In this document: positions 1-9,639 of the stretch, one piece after another
Layout: each line of letters begins with the position of its first letter
Position numbering within the stretch: position 1 is the stretch's first letter
DNA from: a virus
Lineage: Duplodnaviria; Heunggongvirae; Uroviricota; Caudoviricetes
Virus record (IMG/VR): IMGVR_UViG_3300028920_001945
Span: 64,001 to 115,760 of that record
Strand: one strand, 5' to 3'
Length of the DNA stretch: 51,760 bases
Translations under genes and position numbers: made by a program
Notes under the pieces: model-generated
Told to the model about the DNA's origin: nothing
The model's input: the letters and a program-made list of their open reading frames with translations, nothing else
Databases searched by the model: none

Positions 1-2
1 GT

Positions 3-326
3 AGTGTTCAAAGTAACCCATATTATAAAAACGTATATATAGGAGCTAATGTTCCTAAGAATATAGAAATAGCTGGATCTAAGGCTTGTTTATTTACTAA
101 GAAGTGGGGAGATTCAGATATAATGGGATTTAAGGATGGAGAAAATTGTGTTTTATTTGAAAATAATAATGAAATAGAAGATAAATTGAAATATTATTTA
201 GATAATAAAGATGTTTTAGAAAAAATAATAGATAAGGGGTATCAACTAGTTCACAATAAACATACTCCAGAAATACATATAAAACAATATATAAAAGATT
301 TAAAGGAGATATTAAAGAGGATATGA
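3..326 (+). CDS. Glycosyltransferase, CgeB/YkvP-like C-terminal part (5' partial)
   Basis: Frame is open from base 3: ...NVPKNIEIAGSKACLFT...GFKDGENCVLF..NEIEDKLKYYLDN...IIDKGYQLVHNKHT, typical GT-B C-terminal domain. Confidence 0.75.
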   Translation, partial: SVQSNPYYKNVYIGANVPKNIEIAGSKACLFTKKWGDSDIMGFKDGENCVLFENNNEIEDKLKYYLDNKDVLEKIIDKGYQLVHNKHTPEIHIKQYIKDLKEILKRI

Positions 327-1222
327 GTAAGATATTATTTACAATAAGAGGTAAACCAAGAACACTTGGAATGGGTGATATTGCAATGTTAGCATGTCCA
401 GTATATTTTAGAGGAAGATCATTAGGATATGATGAAGTATATTTGGAATGGCCAAATATAGTTACGGGTCCTAAATATAAAAAAGTTAGATGTCCAAAGA
501 AAACTATAATTCCAGTTAACTTTATAAAGAGAAGTGATATTAGGAAAAAGGATTTCGATGAGATATTAGACCTAAGAGATAAACATGTCTTATTTAATTT
601 TTACCCAGGTATTGATTTAGATACTGAAGGAAAAAAAACTAAAAGTCTATATGGAATATATAATTTTAATAATCTTTATTTATATTCAACTGGAATAAAA
701 CCAGTATTCAAGGTAGATAAGGATAAACTTGAAAAACCATACATAATAATACATCATAGAAATTATAAGACAGCCCAATTTAGAAATTCTAAAGAAGAAA
801 CAACAAAAATTGTTTTAGATCTATTAAGAGATACACTAGGAGATAAATATGAGATATGGAAAATGGGAGAACCCACTTCATTTGATGAAGAATTTGATAG
901 AGTAACAACCATTAATTATAATGATGTAAACGAATATTTCAAAACTATTAACAATTCTAGTATGGTATTAGGAAATGGTCAATCAGGAATTACTGCTACC
1001 GGTAATTATTTTGATATACCGGTTGTAAGATTGGATGTTAATTTTGAATCCAAGATATCAAGAAATTTATTATCAGTTTATCATTGGTCAGCATTATGTG
1101 GAGTAGGTTATACTTGTTATGATTGGGCTGGACCTGAAAAAAATAGAGTATACTATGTAAATAAATTTGGTGAATTAGAATTAGAAAATTTGGAGAAGTT
1201 TGTGATAAAATGGCTGCTATAG
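323..1222 (+). CDS. Putative GT9-like (GT-B) glycosyltransferase, paralog of 3096-4019
   Basis: GMGDI near N-terminus; PYIIIHHR..RN; SSMVLGNGQSG..A..FDIPVV pattern resembles heptosyltransferase-like proteins. Confidence 0.5.
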   Translation: MSKILFTIRGKPRTLGMGDIAMLACPVYFRGRSLGYDEVYLEWPNIVTGPKYKKVRCPKKTIIPVNFIKRSDIRKKDFDEILDLRDKHVLFNFYPGIDLDTEGKKTKSLYGIYNFNNLYLYSTGIKPVFKVDKDKLEKPYIIIHHRNYKTAQFRNSKEETTKIVLDLLRDTLGDKYEIWKMGEPTSFDEEFDRVTTINYNDVNEYFKTINNSSMVLGNGQSGITATGNYFDIPVVRLDVNFESKISRNLLSVYHWSALCGVGYTCYDWAGPEKNRVYYVNKFGELELENLEKFVIKWLL

Positions 1223-2283
1223 ATAAATATAAGATGACTGGAACTAAGTTACTTTGGCATATGGATAGAGTAAATGCTTGGAAAAATGGAGAAAGAGTAG
1301 CTCCAATCCATATATCATTAGGTATAGCTAATTATTGTAATTCTAAATGTAAATTTTGTTATGGAACATTCTTTGGTAAAGACAATAAAAATAAAAAATA
1401 TATGAGTCTAGATACAATTAAAAATCTATTAGATGATTGCCAAGAGATAGGAGTAAAGTCCATAGTTATTATGGGAGAAGGAGAAAATACAATAAGTCCT
1501 CATTTCTATGATATGCTAGAATATTCAAAAAATAATTCAGTAGATTTATCTCTAGCAACTAACTTAATAGATATAAAAGAAGATAAGATAGAACTGATGC
1601 TCCAAACACTACAATGGATAAGAATAAGTATATGTGGTAGTAATAGAGATATATACAAAACAATTCATCAAGTAGATAAATATGATCAAGTAATAGATAA
1701 CATAAAAAAACTAGTTAAAATTAAAAAGGAAAATGGATATAATACCACTATAGGACTTCAAGTGGTAGTTATAGAGGACAATTTTGATGACCTAGTTAAT
1801 ATTGCTAAATTAGGAAAAGAATTAGGTGTAGATTATTGTGTAATGAAACCTTGTTCAGATACTAACGATGGAAAGTTAAATATAAATGTTAGTAGATATA
1901 AAGACGTTCATGAAATCTTAAAAGATGCTGAATCAGAGAATAATGATAATTATGATGTAATAGTTAAATGGAATAAATTTAATTATAGGGAGACTACTTT
2001 TAAAAACTGTTATGGGACTGTATTCAGTATAGGAATAGATGCTTTAGGAAATGTAGGTCCATGTGGACATCTTCTAGGATATAAAAAAGAATATTTTAAT
2101 ATGGGAAATATGAATAATAATAGATTCAAGGATATAGTGAAGTCCAATAAATATTGGACAGTCCAGAATAGAGTACATAAATTAAATGTAAGGAAAGAAT
2201 GTGAAACTTACTGTCTTCATTGTTATATGAATCAATTTTTAGAGGAATACTTACATCCCCCGGAGCATATTAATTATGTCTAA
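1210..2283 (+). CDS. Radical SAM protein with SPASM/twitch-type C-terminal domain
   Basis: CNSKCKFC (CxxxCxxC), GEGE motif, C-terminal CYG..IDALGNVGPC..GNM..CETYCLHC. Confidence 0.9.
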   Translation: MAAIDKYKMTGTKLLWHMDRVNAWKNGERVAPIHISLGIANYCNSKCKFCYGTFFGKDNKNKKYMSLDTIKNLLDDCQEIGVKSIVIMGEGENTISPHFYDMLEYSKNNSVDLSLATNLIDIKEDKIELMLQTLQWIRISICGSNRDIYKTIHQVDKYDQVIDNIKKLVKIKKENGYNTTIGLQVVVIEDNFDDLVNIAKLGKELGVDYCVMKPCSDTNDGKLNINVSRYKDVHEILKDAESENNDNYDVIVKWNKFNYRETTFKNCYGTVFSIGIDALGNVGPCGHLLGYKKEYFNMGNMNNNRFKDIVKSNKYWTVQNRVHKLNVRKECETYCLHCYMNQFLEEYLHPPEHINYV

Positions 2284-3115
2284 AGTAGTAATATTGGGAG
2301 CTTATGGTATGGTAGGAGCTGCCTTTAAAAAAGAAAACCCAGATGCTATAGCATTGGATAAACACGACTGTGATATAACAATACCAGAATCCATTTCTAG
2401 AATGATAGAAATATATGAACCTGATATAATAATAAATTCAGCAGTAATATATAATTATGATGCTTGCAAAAAAAATCCAGAATTAGCCTATAGACCAAAT
2501 TCAATAGGTCCATTAAATTTAGCCATACAATGTAGAGATAATGACATAACATTGGTTCAATTAAGTACAGTCAATGTCTTTAAAGGAGATACTTCAACTC
2601 CATATACAGAGGATTCTATTCCAAATCCTATGAGTATATATGGAAAATCTAAATATATAGCAGAACTATATGTAGGGAGTATATGTGATAAATTTTATAT
2701 AATAAGAATGCCAACAATGTTTGGACATGTAGAAAATCATAAAAATATAGGATTCACTGAAAAAATGCTAATACGCATGAGAGATAATAAGGAATTAAGA
2801 GTAGCGGATGATAAAGTAGAATCTATTTCTCATACTAGAGATATAGCTAAGGAAGTATATAGAATCATTGAAGATAAATTACCATATGGAATATATCATA
2901 TATCTAATGAAGGTTGTATGAGTTATTATGAATTTATAGTTGAAATTGTAAAGCAGTTAGGAAAGTCTATAAATGTTGAGGGAGTTAGTAGAAAGGTTTT
3001 TCCAGATTGGGAAACAAAACCAGGGTATGCATCATTGAGCTCTATTAAAATAAAACCTCTTAGAAATTGGAAGAAAGCATTAAAGGATTATTTGAATGAG
3101 CAAAATATTATTTAG
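2276..3115 (+). CDS. rfbD: dTDP-4-dehydrorhamnose reductase-like SDR (RmlD family)
   Basis: ILGAYGMVG, CDIT, IIINSA, STVNVFKG, PNPMSIYGKSK (YxxxK), GIYHISNEG. Confidence 0.88.
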   Translation: MSKVVILGAYGMVGAAFKKENPDAIALDKHDCDITIPESISRMIEIYEPDIIINSAVIYNYDACKKNPELAYRPNSIGPLNLAIQCRDNDITLVQLSTVNVFKGDTSTPYTEDSIPNPMSIYGKSKYIAELYVGSICDKFYIIRMPTMFGHVENHKNIGFTEKMLIRMRDNKELRVADDKVESISHTRDIAKEVYRIIEDKLPYGIYHISNEGCMSYYEFIVEIVKQLGKSINVEGVSRKVFPDWETKPGYASLSSIKIKPLRNWKKALKDYLNEQNII

Positions 3116-4019
3116 AGGATTTGATCTCTTACCCAAGAGAGTGGTAGGCTATGGAGATATTTTTATATACTCATTAGCTTGCTATCTAAAAGGTAAAAAA
3201 AGAAATTACGATAATATAGATATAATATTTCCAAGATTTGGCTATGATAATAGATGGATTATACCTAAAAGAGACCAAGTATGGCAAAAGACGGAATTTC
3301 TTCCATGGACTTGGATTAGTAGAGAATCAAAAATAAATGAAAATGATTACGATTGTATAGTCTATACAAATAAAAAGAATTCATTTTATAAAGGATATCC
3401 AGGATTAAATAGCAGTGGAAGATTTTTTTATGCTTATCTAGACATATATTATAAACTAACTGGAAAGGAGCCAGTATTAGATATACCTAGAGAAAAACAA
3501 AATAAACCTTATATCTTATTACAATACAGAGAAGTAAATGGAAGAAAAAGTGAAATTAGAAATACAAATATAGAAAGACTCCTAAAATTATATGATGTTA
3601 TTAAGGAAAAATATGGGAATAGATTTTTATATTATAAAATAGGAGAACCATCTCCAATAGATGATAAATTTGATAAGAGTATACCATTAATGTATGGGAA
3701 TATAGATGGATTTTCTAAGTTAGTTAGAAATAGCTCATTAATGATAAGTGGGCACTCTGGTCCTCAGAATTTTTCTTTATGTTTTCCAGATATACCCACA
3801 ATTAGATTAGATATAAGAAATGAATGGAATCCAAGAGATCCATTCCATTGGAAAAATCAAGTTGGAAGTTTATCGAGTATTATACCATTTCATCCATTAT
3901 GGTGCAATGATAGAATATTTGATATAGACTTTAATGATGATATAAAAAAGGAAAGAATATTTAGTTTTTTAGATGAACAAAAATTATATGGAGGACAATA
4001 TGATAAGAACAAAGTGTGA
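3096..4019 (+). CDS. Putative GT9-like glycosyltransferase, paralog of 323-1222
   Basis: Same MSKILF start, GYGDI, KPYILLQYR..RN, KIGEP, RNSSLMISGHSGP..IPTIRLD. Confidence 0.5.
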   Translation: MSKILFRGFDLLPKRVVGYGDIFIYSLACYLKGKKRNYDNIDIIFPRFGYDNRWIIPKRDQVWQKTEFLPWTWISRESKINENDYDCIVYTNKKNSFYKGYPGLNSSGRFFYAYLDIYYKLTGKEPVLDIPREKQNKPYILLQYREVNGRKSEIRNTNIERLLKLYDVIKEKYGNRFLYYKIGEPSPIDDKFDKSIPLMYGNIDGFSKLVRNSSLMISGHSGPQNFSLCFPDIPTIRLDIRNEWNPRDPFHWKNQVGSLSSIIPFHPLWCNDRIFDIDFNDDIKKERIFSFLDEQKLYGGQYDKNKV

Positions 4020-5133
4020 AGTTTGTGGAAATAAAGTAGGTAAGTTAACAATACCTTTAGATGATTATCCCTTAACGGAGACATATCTAAAGAGAAAATC
4101 TAATACCAAGTTTGATCAGAGATTTGTTTTTTGTGAGAATTGTGGTCATGGACAACTAGAAAATATACTGCCTCAGGAAGATTTGTATAGTCATAAATAT
4201 AAATTTAGAACTTCAAAGAGTTCTGGAGCTGATAAGGGAAGTGGTTTTGTATATGATTACATAATAAAGAATAAATTATATGAAAAATATAAGACTGTTA
4301 TAGATATTGGATGTAATGATGGGTATCTATTATATAGATTAGAACCTTACTTTGATAATTTAATAGGAGTAGATCCAGTATTGGATGAAAATTGGAAGGA
4401 TAATAAAATAACCCTTTATGCAGATTTTATAGAACATGTTGATTTAAAATTAGAGGACTGTTTAGTTATAACCAGTCAAGTTCTAGAACATTTAGAATAT
4501 CCCAAGATGTTTATTAAGAAGTTATTAGAAAAATCTAATAATAATACTAGATTTATATTTGCATTCCCTTGTCTGGATATGTTAGTTAAAGATTATAGAT
4601 TTGATCAGATATTTCATCATCATCAAAATTATTTCTCTAAGGCATCCATTGGAGAACTATTAAATATATTAGGAGCAAAAATAACTAATACTAAGATTAA
4701 TCCCCATTATTGGGGTACCCTATTGGTAGATTTTCATAAGCATAATAAACCCAATAATAAATTTGAGAAAATAGGTAGAGAGACAGTTATTGATAGCTAT
4801 AATGAATTCATACATTTATGCAACAACGCAAGAGATTATCTTGATAATCATAAGGATATTAAGATATACGGTTATGGAGCTAATCTACAGTTACCTGTAC
4901 TTGGTTATTTTATAGATAATCTAGATGAGAGATTAGAATATGTATTAGATGATGATATAGAAAAAGATGGTTTGTATGTACCGACTATGAAAATAAAGAT
5001 AAAATACACTCCATCAGTTAATTTAAAGGGTAAACAAATAATAATAACGGCAAGTAATTTCTCTAAGGCCATCCTAAAAAATATATTAGAAAAGGATATA
5101 GAGAATGTTTATTGTATATTTAATAAGATATGA
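4000..5133 (+). CDS. NDP-hexose C-methyltransferase family protein
   Basis: N-terminal Zn site CEVCG...CENCGHGQL; VIDIGCNDGYLL; HHHQNYFS; C-terminal IYGYGA domain. Start moved to ATG 4000 behind GGAGG. Confidence 0.85.
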   Translation: MIRTKCEVCGNKVGKLTIPLDDYPLTETYLKRKSNTKFDQRFVFCENCGHGQLENILPQEDLYSHKYKFRTSKSSGADKGSGFVYDYIIKNKLYEKYKTVIDIGCNDGYLLYRLEPYFDNLIGVDPVLDENWKDNKITLYADFIEHVDLKLEDCLVITSQVLEHLEYPKMFIKKLLEKSNNNTRFIFAFPCLDMLVKDYRFDQIFHHHQNYFSKASIGELLNILGAKITNTKINPHYWGTLLVDFHKHNKPNNKFEKIGRETVIDSYNEFIHLCNNARDYLDNHKDIKIYGYGANLQLPVLGYFIDNLDERLEYVLDDDIEKDGLYVPTMKIKIKYTPSVNLKGKQIIITASNFSKAILKNILEKDIENVYCIFNKI

Positions 5134-5957
5134 ATTCAGATATATTCTACATAATAGCTCCCGGACCTACATTAAATGATTTAACAGAAGAGGAATGGAA
5201 ATTTTTAGAACATCAAAATACTATATCTATATCCTGTACACCCTTTACTGGTAAATACTTTAAATATTACATGACATATGAATCAACTAAAAGTACAAAT
5301 AGATTTTTAGAAATGATGGCAGAAGATAGATACTTTAATACTACTCTATTACTAGGTATAGATAAAAATATAAGATATGCATTGGAATTAGGATTTAAAA
5401 ACATATATGGTATATCAAAGGGAAGAGGTAGAAGCTTTAATGGTAAACTTTGGTTTGATGGGGAAGATAAACCTCCAGAGAAATTAAAAAATTGCATTGC
5501 ACAAAAATTAAGTGAACCTCTATTTAGATATAGGGGATCACTAGCAGCAACCATTAATGTAGCATTAATCTTGGGTGCTAAAGAGATTAGATTGATTGGA
5601 GTTGAGCTAAATAATATGAAACATTTCTATGAAGGAACAGAAGAAAGATGGACAAAAGACCCAAAGAGAATAGAAGAGATTAGAGATTATCATAAAGATT
5701 ATTTGGAGACAATTGAAGTTAAGAAGAGACGACAGGTTGAAAGAATGAAAGATTTTGATCCAAATATCATGCATACAACTGCCATGAAATATCCTAGTAA
5801 ACTATGGGGTAATAAAAATCTTATTGGTATGCCAAAAGTTGTAGAATGGATGGATAAAGAATTAAGAGAAATGGGACATAGAGGTATATATATAACAAAT
5901 AAAAAAAGTATCTTATATAAAGATAATTTAATAGAATATAAAAAGGTGATGGAATGA
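5130..5957 (+). CDS. Maf/DUF115- or Cst(GT42)-like putative nonulosonate transferase
   Basis: YIIAPGPTL, GSLAATINVALILGAKEIRLIGVEL..HFY motifs; lies directly upstream of neuB-neuA. Confidence 0.6.
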   Translation: MNSDIFYIIAPGPTLNDLTEEEWKFLEHQNTISISCTPFTGKYFKYYMTYESTKSTNRFLEMMAEDRYFNTTLLLGIDKNIRYALELGFKNIYGISKGRGRSFNGKLWFDGEDKPPEKLKNCIAQKLSEPLFRYRGSLAATINVALILGAKEIRLIGVELNNMKHFYEGTEERWTKDPKRIEEIRDYHKDYLETIEVKKRRQVERMKDFDPNIMHTTAMKYPSKLWGNKNLIGMPKVVEWMDKELREMGHRGIYITNKKSILYKDNLIEYKKVME

Positions 5958-6790
5958 GTAAAGAAATATATTTTACTGGAGAAATAGGCATTAATCATAA
6001 TGGAGACATAAAACTAGCAAAAGAACTTATTAAAATGGCTAAGGATTGTGGTTGTGATGCTGTAAAATTCCAGAAGAGAACTATAGATAAAGTATATAAT
6101 AAAGAATTTTTAGATAGCTATAGAGAATCTCCTTGGGGAAAAACCCAAAGAGCTCAGAAAATAGCCCTAGAATTTGGTAAAAGAGAATTTGATGAAATTG
6201 ATAATTATTGTAGAGAATTGGATATAGATTGGTATGCTTCAGCTTGGGATGAGGATAGTCAAGTGTTCTTAGAACAATATGACTTGAAATACAATAAAAT
6301 AGCATCTCCAATGTTAACTCACAAGGCACTATTAGAACATGTAGCAAATGAAGAAAAACCCACCTTTATATCCACAGGAATGTCTACATACAATGAAATA
6401 GATGATGCCATCAATATATTTAGGTCCTATAAATGTCCATACGTATTAATGCATTGTGTTAGTATATATCCATGTCCTCCAGAACACCTTAATCTAAATA
6501 TGATAAAAACTTTAAAGAATAGATATGATTGTGATATAGGATACTCTGGACACTCTCAAGGTATATTGGATACAACTATAGCAGTAGCATTTGGAGCTAG
6601 ATATCTAGAGAAGCATATAACATTAAATAGAGCAATGTATGGTTCTGATCAGTCAGCATCTCTAGAAAGAAAAGGTCTTCAATATTCTATCAGAAATGCT
6701 AGGGTAATTAATAAAATGTTAGGAGATGGAAAAAAGAAAGTTCTATCAAATGAAGAAAAAAATAAAATTAAATTGAGATATTGGGAATGA
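5954..6790 (+). CDS. neuB: N-acetylneuraminate/nonulosonate synthase (short form, no C-terminal SAF domain)
   Basis: EIGINHNGD, DAVKFQKR, KIASP, ISTGMS, MHCVSIYP, GYSGHS, EKHITLNR. Confidence 0.95.
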   Translation: MSKEIYFTGEIGINHNGDIKLAKELIKMAKDCGCDAVKFQKRTIDKVYNKEFLDSYRESPWGKTQRAQKIALEFGKREFDEIDNYCRELDIDWYASAWDEDSQVFLEQYDLKYNKIASPMLTHKALLEHVANEEKPTFISTGMSTYNEIDDAINIFRSYKCPYVLMHCVSIYPCPPEHLNLNMIKTLKNRYDCDIGYSGHSQGILDTTIAVAFGARYLEKHITLNRAMYGSDQSASLERKGLQYSIRNARVINKMLGDGKKKVLSNEEKNKIKLRYWE

Positions 6791-7449
6791 GAATTATTTG
6801 TATTATACCCGCTAGAGGAGGTTCTACTAGAATTAAGGATAAGAATATAGTGGACCTTGGAGGACACCCGTTAATAGCCTGGACTATAAGAGATGCACTA
6901 GAATCTACCTTAATAGATAGAGTTATTGTATCCACTGATAGTAAAAAAATAAAAGATATTTCTTTAAAATATGGAGCAGAAGTTATAGATAGGCCAATCC
7001 ATCTTTCTGAAGATAATTCAAAAATGGAAGATGCAATAATTTATACAATAGATAAGATAAATGAAAGTCCGGATATAATAGTTATATTACAATGTACAAC
7101 TCCCTTTAGAAATAAAGGAGACATAGATAAGGGTATAATCAAATTAGGTCAGGATAATGCTGACTCATTATTTTTTGCCACAGAATTTGATAAATTTATA
7201 TGGACTAAAGAACATTATAGTATTAATTATGATTTTAAAAGTAGACCTAGAACTCAAGATAAAAAATGGGAGATAGTGGAATTGGGTAATTATATAATAA
7301 AACCAGAAGTACTATATAAACTTAATAATAGACTAGGTGGTAAGATAACTCATTTATTAGTAGATAAAATATCAGAAATAGATATAGACAATCAATATGA
7401 TTTAGCTTTAGCTAGATTATTGGTAGAGAAGTGTGGAGTGATAAAATGA
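6787..7449 (+). CDS. neuA: CMP-nonulosonate synthetase (acylneuraminate cytidylyltransferase)
   Basis: IIPARGGSTRIKDKNI, VIVSTDS, LQCTTPFR, EIDID; ATG 6787 overlaps the neuB stop. Confidence 0.95.
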   Translation: MRIICIIPARGGSTRIKDKNIVDLGGHPLIAWTIRDALESTLIDRVIVSTDSKKIKDISLKYGAEVIDRPIHLSEDNSKMEDAIIYTIDKINESPDIIVILQCTTPFRNKGDIDKGIIKLGQDNADSLFFATEFDKFIWTKEHYSINYDFKSRPRTQDKKWEIVELGNYIIKPEVLYKLNNRLGGKITHLLVDKISEIDIDNQYDLALARLLVEKCGVIK

Positions 7450-7892
7450 AATTACATTTAGGATGCGGATTAGACGCTAAAGAAGGATATATTAATATAG
7501 ATAAAATAGGCTCTTATGGAGTTGATTTAGTTTTAGATGTTGGTAAAGAAGAATTCCCTTATGATGATAGTTCAATAGATGAAGTTGTGGCAACACACTT
7601 TATAGAACATCTAGATGGAGAGGAAGTAGTTCATCTAATGGATGAATTATATAGAATTTGTAAGAATGATGCAATAATATTATTTACTGCACCTTACTTC
7701 ACGTCACCTACTAGTTGCAGACCCTTTCATAAACAGATGATAAGTGAAACTTACTTTGCAGATTTTGAAGTTCTAGATCCAAATAAGTGTAAGAGTTTGG
7801 ACCACAGATTTTATTTCCATATAAATGCATTCAAGGAATTAGATGATGAAGAGAATCTAATAGTTATATTTAAATTAAGAGTAGTTAAATGA
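7446..7892 (+). CDS. Class I SAM-dependent methyltransferase (short)
   Basis: MKLHLGCG...GYINID...PYDDSSIDEVVATHFIEHL; GGAGTGA SD upstream of ATG 7446. Confidence 0.85.
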   Translation: MKLHLGCGLDAKEGYINIDKIGSYGVDLVLDVGKEEFPYDDSSIDEVVATHFIEHLDGEEVVHLMDELYRICKNDAIILFTAPYFTSPTSCRPFHKQMISETYFADFEVLDPNKCKSLDHRFYFHINAFKELDDEENLIVIFKLRVVK

Positions 7893-8527
7893 TAGTAGAA
7901 GAAGAATTAGAAGAAGAAATTGTATACCCACCAAAAAAAGATAGAGAGATTGCTATAAAGTTTGCATTTAGAAAAGCCTCAGAGATAAAACTAAAAGGAG
8001 ATTATCTAGAATTTGGTTTATTTAAGGGATCTTCTTTTATTAGAGCTTATGAATATGCTAAAGAACACAAATTTGATTATATGAACTTTTATGGTTTTGA
8101 TTCTTTTGAGGGGTTACCAAAAGAGGCTAGTTTAGAAAAGTTTAGACCTCATCAATATAAATGCAGTAGATTTGACTTTGATAATAATATTAAAAAAAGT
8201 GGAATGGATTTAAAAAGGGTAACTATAGTTGAGGGATGGTATGAAGATGTTTTGAAAAAAGAATTAAAGGATAAACTTCCAATAAAAGTAGCATCAATAA
8301 TTCATTTTGATTGTGATTTATATTCATCAACAATTCCAGTTCTAAAATTTATAAAGAGTTACTTAAGAGAAGGTTCAATATTAGTATTTGATGATTACTA
8401 CTGTCCAAATCACGGAGAAGAAAAAGCTCTAAAAGAATTATTTGGAAAAGATCCTAATATTAAATTATTAAAATATAAAAAGCCAAGTAGGACTTATGAG
8501 AGTATATTTAAGGTGATAAAAATATGA
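7889..8527 (+). CDS. TylF/MycF/NovP-family sugar O-methyltransferase
   Basis: GDYLEFGLFKGSS, FYGFDSFEGLP, VEGWYEDVL, IIHFDCDLYSST, LVFDDY. Confidence 0.92.
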   Translation: MIVEEELEEEIVYPPKKDREIAIKFAFRKASEIKLKGDYLEFGLFKGSSFIRAYEYAKEHKFDYMNFYGFDSFEGLPKEASLEKFRPHQYKCSRFDFDNNIKKSGMDLKRVTIVEGWYEDVLKKELKDKLPIKVASIIHFDCDLYSSTIPVLKFIKSYLREGSILVFDDYYCPNHGEEKALKELFGKDPNIKLLKYKKPSRTYESIFKVIKI

Positions 8528-9552
8528 AGATATCTGTTATATTGGCAACTAATAAATTAAATAAGACCCTTATACCTACATTAAAGAAATTTGAAGAGGG
8601 TCTAAAGATAGAAAAAGATAAAGTTATAAATGACGAGTTTTTAGAATTAGCTAGATGGAGAGTTGGAGGAAGTGGACACTTTCTACAACCTACTCTAGAA
8701 TGTTTAGCTCATCAAAAATTTAAGGATTTTGAATTGGTTATATCCCATAGATATCCAGATGATGTAAAGGAAATAGTTAAGGAATATAAGAAAGATTGTG
8801 ACTTTCCAATCAAATTAGTTAAGGAAAAACACTCTATATGGCACGATTTAGGACCACAATACCATACTGTAGCTAACAACAAGAATACTGGTTTTATCCA
8901 TTCAGAAGGAGAACTAATACTGCATATAGATGATTTATCCTTTTTTAATGATAATCTATTACAAGAAGCATGGGATAAATGGGAACAAGATCAATATATA
9001 ACAGGAAGAGCTATTAGATGTATCAGTTACGATCCAAGTATAAAGGATTATGTAAAACAGCTAGGACCTAATAAGATAGAGGTAGCTGAGAGTGGTTGGA
9101 AGGGACAAATAAAACCTCTGACTCAAATAGAAGAGAATCCAAATATCCCAATGAGTATGTTCTGGACATGCTGTGCTACAGTATCAGCTGAAGATTTATA
9201 TAAAATAAATGGATATGATGAGGTATGGGATGGCTCATTAGCTGGTATTGATATGGATGCTGGTAATAGATTAGAACATGTTAGTAATTATTCCAGAGTT
9301 GCATCAGACAATTATCTCTATGAGATAAATGATCCTAACCCAAAAAATATGGTTAGGGATGATGTAATGTTTAGAGTATTATTAAGAGATTTCCATATTA
9401 AGGCTAATTCTTGGAAACCAAAATCAGTACAAATGAGAAGATATAAAAATTGGCATTTGCATAATAAGAGAGAATTAGATCCAAATTGGGATAAATTATT
9501 AGATGTACCATTATATGATATAAAGAGAATTAAAGATGCAGAAACTGATTAA
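8524..9552 (+). CDS. GT2-family (GT-A) glycosyltransferase
   Basis: MKISVILAT, QKFKDFELVI, NNKNTGFIHSEGELILHIDD, INGYDE. Confidence 0.85.
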   Translation: MKISVILATNKLNKTLIPTLKKFEEGLKIEKDKVINDEFLELARWRVGGSGHFLQPTLECLAHQKFKDFELVISHRYPDDVKEIVKEYKKDCDFPIKLVKEKHSIWHDLGPQYHTVANNKNTGFIHSEGELILHIDDLSFFNDNLLQEAWDKWEQDQYITGRAIRCISYDPSIKDYVKQLGPNKIEVAESGWKGQIKPLTQIEENPNIPMSMFWTCCATVSAEDLYKINGYDEVWDGSLAGIDMDAGNRLEHVSNYSRVASDNYLYEINDPNPKNMVRDDVMFRVLLRDFHIKANSWKPKSVQMRRYKNWHLHNKRELDPNWDKLLDVPLYDIKRIKDAETD

Positions 9553-9637
9553 AGATTGGGGATATGAGGAGTGGATAGTTAATAACGAATTATATTGCTT
9601 CAAGAAGATATTTATTAAAAAGGGATATAGTGGATAA
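9536..9637 (+). pseudogene. 33-codon 5' fragment of a cupin (sugar isomerase-like) gene
   Basis: MQKLIKDWGYEEWIVNNELYCFKKIFIKKGYSG*; aligns without gaps (11/27 identical) to the cupin N-terminus inside ORF 9640-10752; not in the ORF track. Confidence 0.75.
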
Positions 9638-9639
9638 TA

